DNA of 64,000 nucleotides from Planctomycetota bacterium. Its GTDB lineage: Bacteria; Planctomycetota; Phycisphaerae; Sedimentisphaerales; Anaerobacaceae. The DNA lies in assembly GCA_019456255.1 (NCBI GenBank), contig VRUG01000009.1, forward strand, positions 20,037 through 84,036, written 5' to 3'. Below are positions 63,985-64,000 of the stretch, piece by piece; positions within the stretch are counted from its first letter, which is position 1; every line of letters begins with the position of its first letter. A program made the position numbers and the translations under genes. The notes under the pieces were generated by a model. That model saw only the letters and a list, made by a program, of their open reading frames with translations, did no database searches and was not told the DNA's origin.

Positions 63985-64000
63985 TTTAGGAGTTTCGCAT

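Overview
The window reads as one contiguous piece of a large tailed dsDNA phage genome. About 100 tightly packed genes all sit on the + strand, many with ATGA or TAATG stop/start overlaps. I found no credible minus-strand gene, integrase or CRISPR array. Gene order runs as follows. (1) 1-3.3 kb holds an unusual auxiliary-metabolism cluster: AOR-family C-terminal fragment, class-V aminotransferase, SLOG-like protein and UbiD-family decarboxylase. (2) 4-7 kb holds nucleotide metabolism: a divergent ThyX-like protein and a class II B12-dependent ribonucleotide reductase. (3) 7.5-12.7 kb holds recombination and repair genes: ParB-like protein, RecA-like protein, a small PD-(D/E)XK nuclease, and a split SbcC/Rad50 with SbcD/Mre11 between the halves. 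(4) About 13.5-41.3 kb is a very large glycan-biosynthesis module. It carries PseC/PseH/PseB/PseF/PseI-like nonulosonic-acid enzymes and HisH plus 2x HisF plus 2x PP-loop N-acetyl-sugar amidotransferases for acetamidino chemistry. It also carries RfbB, a PIG-L deacetylase, two B12-binding radical SAM enzymes, a GT2-radical SAM fusion, GT4, GT2, two LamG lectin-fold paralogs, and a canonical ThyX embedded in the module. (5) An M15 endolysin is followed by many small unknown, zinc-finger and membrane mini-proteins. (6) 46.1-46.35 kb is a repeat-dense non-coding region resembling an iteron array. (7) The head module follows: large terminase, portal, a 1842-aa MuF-family polyvalent protein with HExxH and ADP-ribosyltransferase motifs, scaffold/protease, three tandem decoration-like paralogs, major capsid protein and a strong intrinsic terminator. 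Other points of note are a tRNA-like element at about 39.6 kb, a candidate structured RNA at about 12.75 kb, and a vWA gene interrupted by an in-frame TAA. All functional calls rest on motif recognition by eye in the translated ORFs. No database search was run.
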